From the NCBI GenBank assembly GCA_963713925.1, contig OY970212.1, forward strand, positions 544,001 through 608,000: a stretch of 64,000 bases of DNA, given 5' to 3'. Below, in pieces: positions 1 through 8,371 of this stretch (position 1 is the first letter of the stretch; the number at the start of each line of letters is the position of its first letter). The notes under the pieces are model-generated. The model saw nothing but the letters and a program-made list of their open reading frames with translations. It ran no database searches and was not told the DNA's origin. The position numbers and the translations under genes were made by a program. The stretch is from an uncultured bacterium (lineage in GTDB: Bacteria > Babelota > Babeliae > Babelales > Vermiphilaceae).

Positions 1-125
1 TTGGTAGAAAGTCTTTGAACGAAGTAAAAGATAGCATGCAATCATTTGGTCTCCACTTTGGTATGAACATCAAAGAGAGTGATTTAAAGCGATTGATGCA
101 CAATCAACAGCAAGAGAGCGAATAA
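1..125 (+). CDS. rpoA: RNA polymerase alpha subunit, 3' end (partial)
   Basis: Frame 3 reads GRKSLNEVKDSMQSFGLHFGM..., the alpha-CTD GRKSLNE motif; stop TAA 123-125; directly upstream of rplQ. Confidence 0.93.
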   Translation, partial: GRKSLNEVKDSMQSFGLHFGMNIKESDLKRLMHNQQQESE

Positions 126-199
126 CTTTCAACGGCTTAAAAGCCGCAGGGCTTTACGGCCCGGTAAAATAAGATAATTGATTTAAAGGTAATAATACC

Positions 200-559
200 A
201 TGATACACCAAAGTGGAAAAAGAAAATTAAACCTCAAGCCATCACACAAGAAGGCTTTGATCAGAAATCAAGTGATTCATTTGATTACCTATGGTCATTT
301 GACTTCAACAAAAGCCCAAGTGAAAGAAGTGCAACGATTTGCGGAAAAAATGGTGACTGTTGCTCGTGAAGGAAACAACTTCAATGCACGTCGCAGAGCA
401 AAAGCATTGTTGCCATACAAAGATGAAGCGCTTTTGAAGTTGTTCACAGAAATTGCGCCAAAGTATACTCACAGAAACGGTGGTTATACTCGCGTTATTC
501 CTATGGGCAAACGCATGAGCGATACCGCGACAATTGCAAAGCTTGAGTGGGTTGAGTAG
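200..559 (+). CDS. rplQ: 50S ribosomal protein L17
   Basis: L17 motifs (HKKALIRN, RNGGYTRVI, R-x-x-D-x-A); follows rpoA. Confidence 0.97.
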   Translation: MIHQSGKRKLNLKPSHKKALIRNQVIHLITYGHLTSTKAQVKEVQRFAEKMVTVAREGNNFNARRRAKALLPYKDEALLKLFTEIAPKYTHRNGGYTRVIPMGKRMSDTATIAKLEWVE

Positions 560-560
560 T

Positions 561-800
561 ATGGCCGGCGATGCGGCCTTGATGCAGCGGATTCACGATG
601 TGTTAAGCTCTATTCGTCCCTATATTCTTTCAGATGGCGGAGATATTGAAATTGTCGATTTTAATAATGGGATCTTGAAGATCAAATTATTGGGGGCATG
701 CGTTATGTGTCCTGCTTCAGAATTTACGCTGAAGTTTGGCATAGAAAAAGCGCTCAAAGAATCGATACCGGAAATTATATCTGTCGAAGCTGACCTATAA
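561..800 (+). CDS. NifU/NfuA-domain Fe-S carrier protein
   Basis: IRPYILSDGGDIE...LLGACVMCPAS...LKFGIE is the NifU C-terminal motif with CxxC; ATG 561 just after rplQ stop. Confidence 0.9.
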   Translation: MAGDAALMQRIHDVLSSIRPYILSDGGDIEIVDFNNGILKIKLLGACVMCPASEFTLKFGIEKALKESIPEIISVEADL

Positions 801-828
801 GCAAAAGCTAAAATTTTTGATACGAAGA

Positions 829-892
829 ACGAGGCACATGAAAATGTGCCTCGTTTTGTTTTTAGAACGCCCTCCTATGGGCGTTTTTTGTT
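829..892 (+). terminator. Two tandem intrinsic terminator-like hairpins
   Basis: cgaggcacat-gaaa-atgtgcctcg + T tract, then aacgccc-tcctat-gggcgtt + T tract. Confidence 0.75.
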
Positions 893-1136
893 TAAATTGT
901 CATCAAATTCATGTTGAGATGGATTTTTATTGTTTTCGTTGTAGAATGTGTTGATTCTTACTTCGCCGTCATAAATATGGCAATTACGAAGGTTGGAGAG
1001 CCCCCAAATGTTTCATTTGGGCAAAAAGAACAGGTTGCATCAGTTTACGAGTTGGTTTCTATTGATCAACTGCGCGATCTGACTGATATAAAAAAATGAA
1101 TTGTTGGGTGTATGTTGCATTAAAAAGAAAGTTCCT

Positions 1137-3324
1137 ATGAAGATCCAATCCGGTTTTATGCTTTTGTGCTTGTTTTTCTCCTCAGTATTTTTGGGCGGTT
1201 TCCCGGAAATTAATGATGACACATTTGATGTTCGAAATAATCGTTTTCGAGATAACGATGTGCAAACGATATTTACCGCAGCCGCATATGAAAAGCTGAA
1301 TGAAAATCGGGATGATTATAGAGCGGAAACGTATCTTATGGCCGCATCTGAAAAATTAGATGAATATCGAGATCGAAACGATAACAGTCGCGACAACTCA
1401 TCACAGGAACCACAACAAAACGATTCGCACGAGCGTGATTCATCGGGATCTCGTCATGATCCAAATGAACGTGACAGGCCTTCCGATCATGAGCGATCAA
1501 TGGCCGCTGAAAGTCGACATGAACGTCGAGAGAAGAATTTTGATCAATCGGCACATTATGGTAACCAAAAAGGAGTGAGTGGAGCATCTCAAAGATCAAA
1601 CAACAGATATTACGATCTTTTTACGTTTATTAATCACAGCAAAACGTTTATAGAAGAGTTGACCAATAATGGCCAAACGAAGCGCTGTTTTACGGATAAA
1701 GTTCTTACGCTTACTCATGAAGCAAATTTGATGCTATCCGACCGAGCTCGGTTTCGAAGAGTTTTTTAAAGCAGATATAGAGCGTTACAATAAAAAAGAA
1801 CAATCGCTTCTTTCATGGACGAATAATTTGCTCAATATAGCCGGCGCTATTTATATGGGCGTCCAATTCAGACATCTCAGTGTGCGTATGATACATATTG
1901 CAGTTCTATGCGCGGTAAATTATGATTTGATTGAAAAAGGTGAACTTCGTCCTGTTCCGGACTTGCTCAAGATCGGATATGCAGCTATTGGCAAAACACA
2001 CGAATACACCCTCGACTTTGTCAAAGGAATGGGTGAGAAAGCAGCATCAATAGCGACGGCACCGCATACGTTTATCTGGGAAAAAGCGAAGGGATTTTGG
2101 CATTGCCTTGTCGGAGCGAAAAAGGTGATCGAGTATGCAGAATGGTTTTTTGATGCAAGTTATTGGGTCCAAGTAAAAAGCATGAGAACCGGTGTGGCAA
2201 CGGTTAAGCGCGTCTCGACCCTTATTACAACCAAGATGTCAAAGATGTCTGCTGATGATTGGGACAATTGCGCTAAAGCAACGGCAAAGGGTGCTGGAGG
2301 ATTGGTAACCGATTTCGCAGCAGTGCATTATTCGTGTGCAGGGCTTGCTACAGTATTTTCCAAGATAGGTGCTTTGTTTGGGTTGGAAGAGGTTGCCGAG
2401 GCAGCAGAGATTGTTGAAGAAGCCGCCGAAGTCGCCCAAGAGGCCGTTGAGGTAGCTCAAGAAGCAGCCGGAGCCGCGCAAAGTGCGACAAAAGAGATTC
2501 TCGATTTAGTATTCGATGAAGCATTGGGGGTCTGGGTGCTTCAAAAGCAATGTATAGCTCCGGCAATTGTTAGAGCTACGGAGGTTGTTGCTGAAACGGC
2601 AGAAGTAGCAACGACTACCGTTGCAACCGTAGCGCAAACAACGGAAAAGTTCATGGCGCCGGCAGTTCGTGGATTACAATTTGTTGGTAAGCTGAATGAG
2701 GCAGTCGCCGGAGTTAGTCCTACCGTTGCTGTTGGATCCGCGCCATCAAATCTACCTAAGATCACAACCGCGGTAAGTACGGCGGTAGAAGCGGGGAATG
2801 CGGCGGAGGTTGCTACGCGTTTTTTTGATATCACACAGTATGATCCGTCGATAGGTGACCTACAAAAGATAAGTGATAACTGGGGTTTGATAGAAAAACT
2901 TTCGAATTATCAAGAGGTTTATCAACGAGTCGAGAAATGTGGTCGCATCGGAAATGATAGAGGAACATTGGGGACGGCACGTGGGGCGATGTATGAGCTT
3001 GAAAAAGCTGTTGATTTAGTGAGCAAAGGGGAAGAAGTTGTTAAGCTTAGCGACAAAGTTAAGAAGATGAGTAATGATCTATTAAGAGTAATAAAAACTG
3101 TTGATATAGATATTGTAACCAAAAATAAGTTTATCGAATGCAAAAACATAGATTGGAAGGTTCTTACAGGGGATCGAATTGGGCAAAGAATAGCGGATTT
3201 TAAAGAATTGAAGGATATAGCCCTCCAATATGGAAAAGAGTTTGAATTACATTCAAAAAGAGTTATTCCCGAATGCGTGCAAACATTATTAAAGGAAAAA
3301 GGGATAAAATTTGTTGAAGGATAA
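1137..3324 (+). pseudogene. Signal-peptide polymorphic toxin with C-terminal PD-(D/E)xK (REase-fold) nuclease; frameshifted at about 1738-1745
   Basis: ORF 1137-1769 (signal peptide MKIQSGFMLLCLFFSSVFLG) joins ORF 1828-3324 if one copy of ccga-ccga is removed (MLSELGFEEFF). C-terminus has YE...DIDIVTKNKFIECKN. Immunity-like genes follow. Confidence 0.75.
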
Positions 3325-3326
3325 AC

Positions 3327-3710
3327 ATGAATACATCACCCGCAATACATGCTTTGTTATGGATTGATTATAGCAGGAAAGAAATAGCATCAATTATCAC
3401 AAAAAGTCGTTTTTTGGGTTTTAACTATAGTGTTGAGGGTGAACCAATGAGAGGCCCTCATGTAATTGATCGTGCGATACAACCAAATGTTTGGTTTAAC
3501 ATTAATTTTCAAGATACTTATTTTGACTTATCATTTGTAAAGGACGGGCAAATGCTTTTGGTAATTATGAGTCGACTTGGTCCGAATTGGCAGAAAAAAT
3601 ATGTGGGAAAGTCTGATTATGAGATTGATACTCAACGATACATATATCTTATGATGGACTTAGTAGCCGATTACAAACCAGTTGATCTTAAGTTAGTTCA
3701 AGAATTGTGA
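3327..3710 (+). CDS. Putative cognate immunity protein (paralogue 1)
   Basis: Starts 2 nt after the toxin stop; shares LGF-x-Y, FQDT-x-F, W-x-KKY-x-G and D-x-x-RY motifs with the next three ORFs. Confidence 0.75.
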   Translation: MNTSPAIHALLWIDYSRKEIASIITKSRFLGFNYSVEGEPMRGPHVIDRAIQPNVWFNINFQDTYFDLSFVKDGQMLLVIMSRLGPNWQKKYVGKSDYEIDTQRYIYLMMDLVADYKPVDLKLVQEL

Positions 3711-3723
3711 AGGACTGAAAATT

Positions 3724-4110
3724 ATGGGAATGGTCTATTCCGCAAACGCATATCTTGATTTTGAATACAGTCGAGAGAATGTTCGCACAATTATGCGCAA
3801 AGGTGCGTTAATGGGATTCTTTTATGTTAAAGATGAAAAACCAATGTCTCCCGATGAAGCTGCTGATCATGTCATTAATTTTGATTTGCATTATTGTGAT
3901 GTTTTTTTCCAAGACACCGTATTCGCTCTTTTTTTAAGTGATGGAGAATTCGGTTTTTATGTCTCGATGGCGCTTTTTGGCGGTTGGTGGGAAAAGCGAT
4001 ATCAAGGCCAAAATAAATATGATCACGATATGTATAGATATGGCAGATTGTTGTTAGAACTTATTTCTGATTACAAAATGAATCAATTTAGTATTGCTTT
4101 GGAAGAATGA
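3724..4110 (+). CDS. Putative immunity protein (paralogue 2)
   Basis: YSRENV...MGFFY...FQDTVF...WEKRYQG...DMYRY; paralogous to its neighbours. Confidence 0.72.
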   Translation: MGMVYSANAYLDFEYSRENVRTIMRKGALMGFFYVKDEKPMSPDEAADHVINFDLHYCDVFFQDTVFALFLSDGEFGFYVSMALFGGWWEKRYQGQNKYDHDMYRYGRLLLELISDYKMNQFSIALEE

Positions 4111-4159
4111 AGTTCTTTTATTTTGCGAAGATTGTGCCGCTAGTTGATTTTATAGATGA

Positions 4160-4573
4160 ATGAATTTCATGGGTGTAAGTCAAATAAATGAAATTAACGC
4201 ATTGTTATGGGCATTGTACGATAATGGAGCAGATATACCGTATATCATCAATATAGGAAAAACCTTGGGTTTTAAGTATGAAACAGGTGATTTTAGTTTT
4301 GATGACTTTGTGGGTAAGCGCGTCATTGAGTCCTCGAAGTTCAAAGTTTCATTCGAAGGTGCAGAATTTTTTTTGACATTTAAAAATCAAGAAGGTTTTT
4401 TATTGGTTAGCCTGACTCATTTAACTAATGCAAAACAAAGAACATATTTTGGTAAGCAAAATCCTGAAATCGATTGGCCTTACTATATCAAATTGATGCT
4501 CAATTTGCTTGACAACTACATACCGTTCGAATTTAAAACTGGTCCTATTGAATCGGTGGAGGGAAGGTATTAG
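4160..4573 (+). CDS. Putative immunity protein (paralogue 3)
   Basis: NALLW...LGFKY...EIDWPYYIKLM; closest to paralogue 1. Confidence 0.7.
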   Translation: MNFMGVSQINEINALLWALYDNGADIPYIINIGKTLGFKYETGDFSFDDFVGKRVIESSKFKVSFEGAEFFLTFKNQEGFLLVSLTHLTNAKQRTYFGKQNPEIDWPYYIKLMLNLLDNYIPFEFKTGPIESVEGRY

Positions 4574-4576
4574 CAC

Positions 4577-4972
4577 ATGAGTAAAACATATTTTGTGTCT
4601 TGTGATATTGACCTTGAATTCAAGCGAGAAAACCTTTTACAGTTGATGGAAAAGGGGCTTTCAATGGGTTTTAAATATGCACTTGATTCTCGGATCCTTT
4701 TGTTGGAGGAAAGTGCTGATTTTTTTATTAATTTAGATAAAGATAATTTCGAAGATTTTTTTTCAGTGTTATGTGATGGTTCGCAATTTACCATTCGCAT
4801 AACAAAAAAAGATAGCGGGATGTATATTTCACTTATGACGAATCTTTATTGGGAAAAAAAATACAGACAAGACATGCTTACGTATACCCCGGACATTCAC
4901 AGGTTTTCATATCTTCTACTTGACTGGATTTCCACATATAAGCTTAATGAATTTCATATTGATTTTTGCTAA
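4577..4972 (+). CDS. Putative immunity protein (paralogue 4)
   Basis: DLEFKRENL...MGFKY...WEKKY...DIHRF; closest to paralogue 2. Confidence 0.7.
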   Translation: MSKTYFVSCDIDLEFKRENLLQLMEKGLSMGFKYALDSRILLLEESADFFINLDKDNFEDFFSVLCDGSQFTIRITKKDSGMYISLMTNLYWEKKYRQDMLTYTPDIHRFSYLLLDWISTYKLNEFHIDFC

Positions 4973-4976
4973 AACC

Positions 4977-5033
4977 GAAATTCAATATTCTCAGAGCTGA
5001 ATTATTAAAATTCGTTACAAGGTAAGTATATGA
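4977..5033 (+). pseudogene. Relic of a toxin C-terminal tip
   Basis: Reads EIQYSQS*IIKIRYKVSI*, resembling the end of the 11946-13688 toxin (LEVLNRINGKKIKIRY); its TGA overlaps ATG 5030. Confidence 0.55.
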
Positions 5034-5474
5034 ACGAAATTTGGTCAAAATGGATTCCTTTAGCAGGTATAAAGAGTTATTATTACATAATTTCTGTTTC
5101 GATGCGCAAGGATTTGAGGTTATATTAAAAACTTCTAATAATTCTGATAAAACTATCAGAATTTTTTTCGAAAATTCAGTAGATTCTTCTCGCCGAACCG
5201 ATGAAAGTTATGTGGGTGGTATTGTTGGACCGATGGCTGATAAGTATGGAAGAGAGTTTGCTCAATGGCCATTTTTTAAGATTGAAAATTCAGAATATTT
5301 GAAATGGTTTTTTGACACATCAATTGGTATGGCACAAATAAGAGGATGGAAATTTACTCATTTTTCGATTATGGCTCTTGATTCCATGCTTGACATCATC
5401 GCCCCACAGAGCCGGTAGTTGAGTTTATAGATGAAAATGACGAATCGTCTTCACATCTCGCCGATATCGATTGA
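5030..5474 (+). pseudogene. Frameshifted orphan immunity gene, same family as 11094-11949
   Basis: MNEIWSKWIPLAG (cf. MTESWERWEPVSG) in one frame, WPFFKIENSEYLKW...HFSIMALDSMLDII in a second, EPVVEFI in a third. Confidence 0.75.
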
Positions 5475-7001
5475 AGTAAATACCTCAAACTGTGCAGTTT
5501 TATCTTGCCATGCGTTCGAAGGCAATCCTGCTTTTTCGCTCAACTGCGTCAGCGTTTCCGGTAAATTCCACTTAAATTCTACCGGCACTTCTGGTAAAAA
5601 GACTGCCGATGCAAGCCCGTGGCTTAAGATAATGCCATGTTTGCCGAGAACAATGTTCTTGTAAGAAGTAATCGGATGGGGATCCGATAGAATAGACAGC
5701 TTGAGGCTTAGGTTAGGCAATTCATTTTTGGTGATCGGGTTAAATCGAGTATCATGCAGCGCCGTATCACGCATGACTGTTGCAACGGTTTTATACAATG
5801 GTTCAGGAGTTGTAATGCGTCCGATGCAGCCGCGTAGCTGTTTTCCGCGAGTCGTAACCGTATCGAGTGTTGTAAATGCACCGTGCTTTTGTCTAACCCC
5901 AAAGGAGAGGATGGGGTATAACAGACGGTCATCAATAGCATGTGCAAAGATATTAAAGAGGACATCGTGCGCCTCTTGCCACAACCCGCGTTGTTCTTGT
6001 TGAGTCAATTGTGTCTCAAAAGGCTGTGAAACAAGCTTTTGGGACGTAAATAACATGCCAACATAGCTTACAGAACTTGTCTGATTTTTTTCTTGATTGC
6101 CAGATGTGTCATACGCGATAAGACGAGGCTCTACCGATCCGAATGCATTCAATTCCAATAGCGACAAAAAAATCTCCAGGGGATAATGGCCACAGATGGT
6201 TGCTCCGGTCGATTCCATGAATTTCTCAAATGCTGAGCACGAGCCGTGCTCGATAGTCTGAATTGCTTGTGAATCAAGTGAGCGAATGAAGTGATGAATA
6301 TATTCTTGTTTTACTGGTTTTGTGCGATATTGTTCCGATCGAAGCAGTTGCGGTAGCCCAAATCCAAAACGGCTTCCATAATGAGTAAAATCGCTACTGA
6401 CAATCACAAGCGTACGGTCATCGATGACTGATTTGAGCGCCTGTGCGATAGCATGTGCTTGTGCGCAGGTGAGTTTTCCCACAATCAGCGGGACTATAGT
6501 GGCTTGAGCACAATACGTTTGAATCAGTGGTAGTTGCATTTCAAGCGAATGTTCGATATCAAAAACGGTATCGTTTTTTATAAAAAACGGTTGATTTTCT
6601 AGTTTTTTGATTATTTCTGTATTCACTGGAATATTACTCAAGGGCGTATGATACTGATCAAATGATGGTACGGCAACTCCTTGAAAAGACACCGAATGGT
6701 CAGGCGCTAAAATAATTATTTTCTTGATATCGCTTTTATCAAGGAGACGATACACGCTTGCAGCGACAGTTCCCGAATACCTATATCCTGCGTGTGGAAC
6801 AATAAGCGCTCGAATTGAGCGCGAGTCTACGGTTGCATCGTAAAGCTGAGCTGCTTTATCAGAGAGCTTCGACACTGTTTTTTGCAAGCTTGTTTTTTCG
6901 TTGGGATACCAGTTGCTGTCTAAGTGAGCCTTTTTTATTGTCCCCTGAGCAATAGATATCGCAAAAAGAAGAGAAAAAATGTGCTTCATTCTTAACATCA
7001 T
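5451..7001 (-). CDS. AmmeMemoRadiSam protein B (MEMO1) / protein A (AMMECR1) fusion with signal-peptide-like N-terminus
   Basis: MEMO motifs PHAGYRYSG, EHSLEMQLP, SSDFTHYG, TICG, VSYVG; AMMECR1 motifs LRGCIG, DTRF, GKHG, FLPEV, KAGL. Confidence 0.9.
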   Translation of the reverse strand: MMLRMKHIFSLLFAISIAQGTIKKAHLDSNWYPNEKTSLQKTVSKLSDKAAQLYDATVDSRSIRALIVPHAGYRYSGTVAASVYRLLDKSDIKKIIILAPDHSVSFQGVAVPSFDQYHTPLSNIPVNTEIIKKLENQPFFIKNDTVFDIEHSLEMQLPLIQTYCAQATIVPLIVGKLTCAQAHAIAQALKSVIDDRTLVIVSSDFTHYGSRFGFGLPQLLRSEQYRTKPVKQEYIHHFIRSLDSQAIQTIEHGSCSAFEKFMESTGATICGHYPLEIFLSLLELNAFGSVEPRLIAYDTSGNQEKNQTSSVSYVGMLFTSQKLVSQPFETQLTQQEQRGLWQEAHDVLFNIFAHAIDDRLLYPILSFGVRQKHGAFTTLDTVTTRGKQLRGCIGRITTPEPLYKTVATVMRDTALHDTRFNPITKNELPNLSLKLSILSDPHPITSYKNIVLGKHGIILSHGLASAVFLPEVPVEFKWNLPETLTQLSEKAGLPSNAWQDKTAQFEVFTSIDIGEM

Positions 7002-7516
7002 CAAAAATCTTTCATCATCAAAAATTTTGGATCTTCATCTATCCTCAGCACGCAATACAACAGTGAAGCGAGTCGTATCATAGATGGGCTCTGGATGACT
7101 TCAAATCCCTCCGAGCGATAGAACTGAACAAGTTGCGCAAGTTTTTTTACCCGCTCTTCACCTTCAATTTTTTTGAATTGATGGTCTACAACATCGTAGG
7201 GCCCCGGTTGGATAAAAATTTTTTTGATGCCCGATTGCTGCAGTTCTTGTAATATCCGCGGCAATAAAGAACGCCCATATCCATGATTGCGAAATGAATG
7301 ATGAACATAACCGCTATGCAAAACGCCGATAGGAAGCAGAGGGAATTTCAAGAAATCTGCATATCCGATTTCTGTGCCATCAGTGTCATGTGCAACAAAA
7401 CCGATAGTGTGTACTCCGTAGTAACTTTCTTCGATCTTCTTAATTGTTACGTCTTGGGCATACAAGGACACTATGCTTACAATCAAACTTGCTGCAAGAT
7501 AGGAGAGTAGTTTCAT
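7001..7516 (-). CDS. GNAT-family acetyltransferase with signal peptide
   Basis: Acetyl-CoA motif VHHSFRNHGYGRSLL and FY-x-x-x-GF; hydrophobic N-terminus ending LYA. Confidence 0.8.
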   Translation of the reverse strand: MKLLSYLAASLIVSIVSLYAQDVTIKKIEESYYGVHTIGFVAHDTDGTEIGYADFLKFPLLPIGVLHSGYVHHSFRNHGYGRSLLPRILQELQQSGIKKIFIQPGPYDVVDHQFKKIEGEERVKKLAQLVQFYRSEGFEVIQSPSMIRLASLLYCVLRIDEDPKFLMMKDF

Positions 7517-7529
7517 TTTTTACCATTCG

Positions 7530-8312
7530 TTAGCTGACAAATCCGGCATCTTTCATCTTTTGCAATCTCATACGAGCATGATCAACAGCAATAGGATCTG
7601 AATTTTCATAATCTTGAGTGATGCTCTGCCACATTTCATGTGATTTTTTCAAATCTTTTTCTTTGCCTTTGCCGGATTCATGGGCATCAGCTATCCAAAA
7701 TTTTGCCCACGCTACAACTGATTTATCAGTAATGTTTGCATCATTTTTTAAAATTTCTTCAAAAAGCTGAACACTTTTGTCGGAGTCTTGTTGAGCTCCA
7801 TTGCCTTCACGATAGATATCGCCAAGTCGAGCTTTCGACCATGCAATAAGATTAGGGTCTTTTGCATTTTTTATAGCTTGCTCATAATGAATTTTAGCCT
7901 TCGACCAGTCTTTTTCTTCACAAACGCCATCGAGCGTCCCTTCTCCTAAATAAAAGTGAGAGCGACTACCAATATCTTCTTTGGAAACGTCGGCATAATC
8001 TTTGACAACTTCATTGAAGCATTTACATGCTAATTGTGGATTGTGATAAATAACCATTTCCCCGAGACGATATGTTGCTAAAGCAAACGCAGTTTTATTT
8101 TCAATGGATTGAAAAGATTCGTTTTTGCATTTTTCATGTATTGCATGCAATAATCCTGCTGTTTCAACTATATATTGACTGCGAGCTTTCACGTATCTTA
8201 TTGCATTCTCATATTCTTCCTTCAATCGGCTGCAATCGGAGGTGCGGTCTTCTGCGAGTGCGATTGCATTCAGGAGAAGGCTTAGAGTGAAAATACGTTT
8301 TATTGTGCTCAT
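7530..8312 (-). CDS. Secreted Sel1-like repeat protein
   Basis: LGDIYREGNGAQQDSDKS and AHESGKGKEKDLKKS repeats; signal peptide ending ALA. Confidence 0.8.
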   Translation of the reverse strand: MSTIKRIFTLSLLLNAIALAEDRTSDCSRLKEEYENAIRYVKARSQYIVETAGLLHAIHEKCKNESFQSIENKTAFALATYRLGEMVIYHNPQLACKCFNEVVKDYADVSKEDIGSRSHFYLGEGTLDGVCEEKDWSKAKIHYEQAIKNAKDPNLIAWSKARLGDIYREGNGAQQDSDKSVQLFEEILKNDANITDKSVVAWAKFWIADAHESGKGKEKDLKKSHEMWQSITQDYENSDPIAVDHARMRLQKMKDAGFVS

Positions 8313-8371
8313 GGAGAATCCTTTATTGAATCCGGGAATAGTGAAGCTAGTCTACTGAAATTATGCCACTG

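Noticed and set aside
911..1222. ORFs 911-1099 and 1040-1222
   Set aside because: Short, no clear RBS or motif; the region is probably the toxin promoter/leader.
2392..2480. EVAQEAA-like heptad repeat in toxin 1 as a separate element
   Set aside because: Degenerate coding repeat in a helical linker; no DNA-level array.
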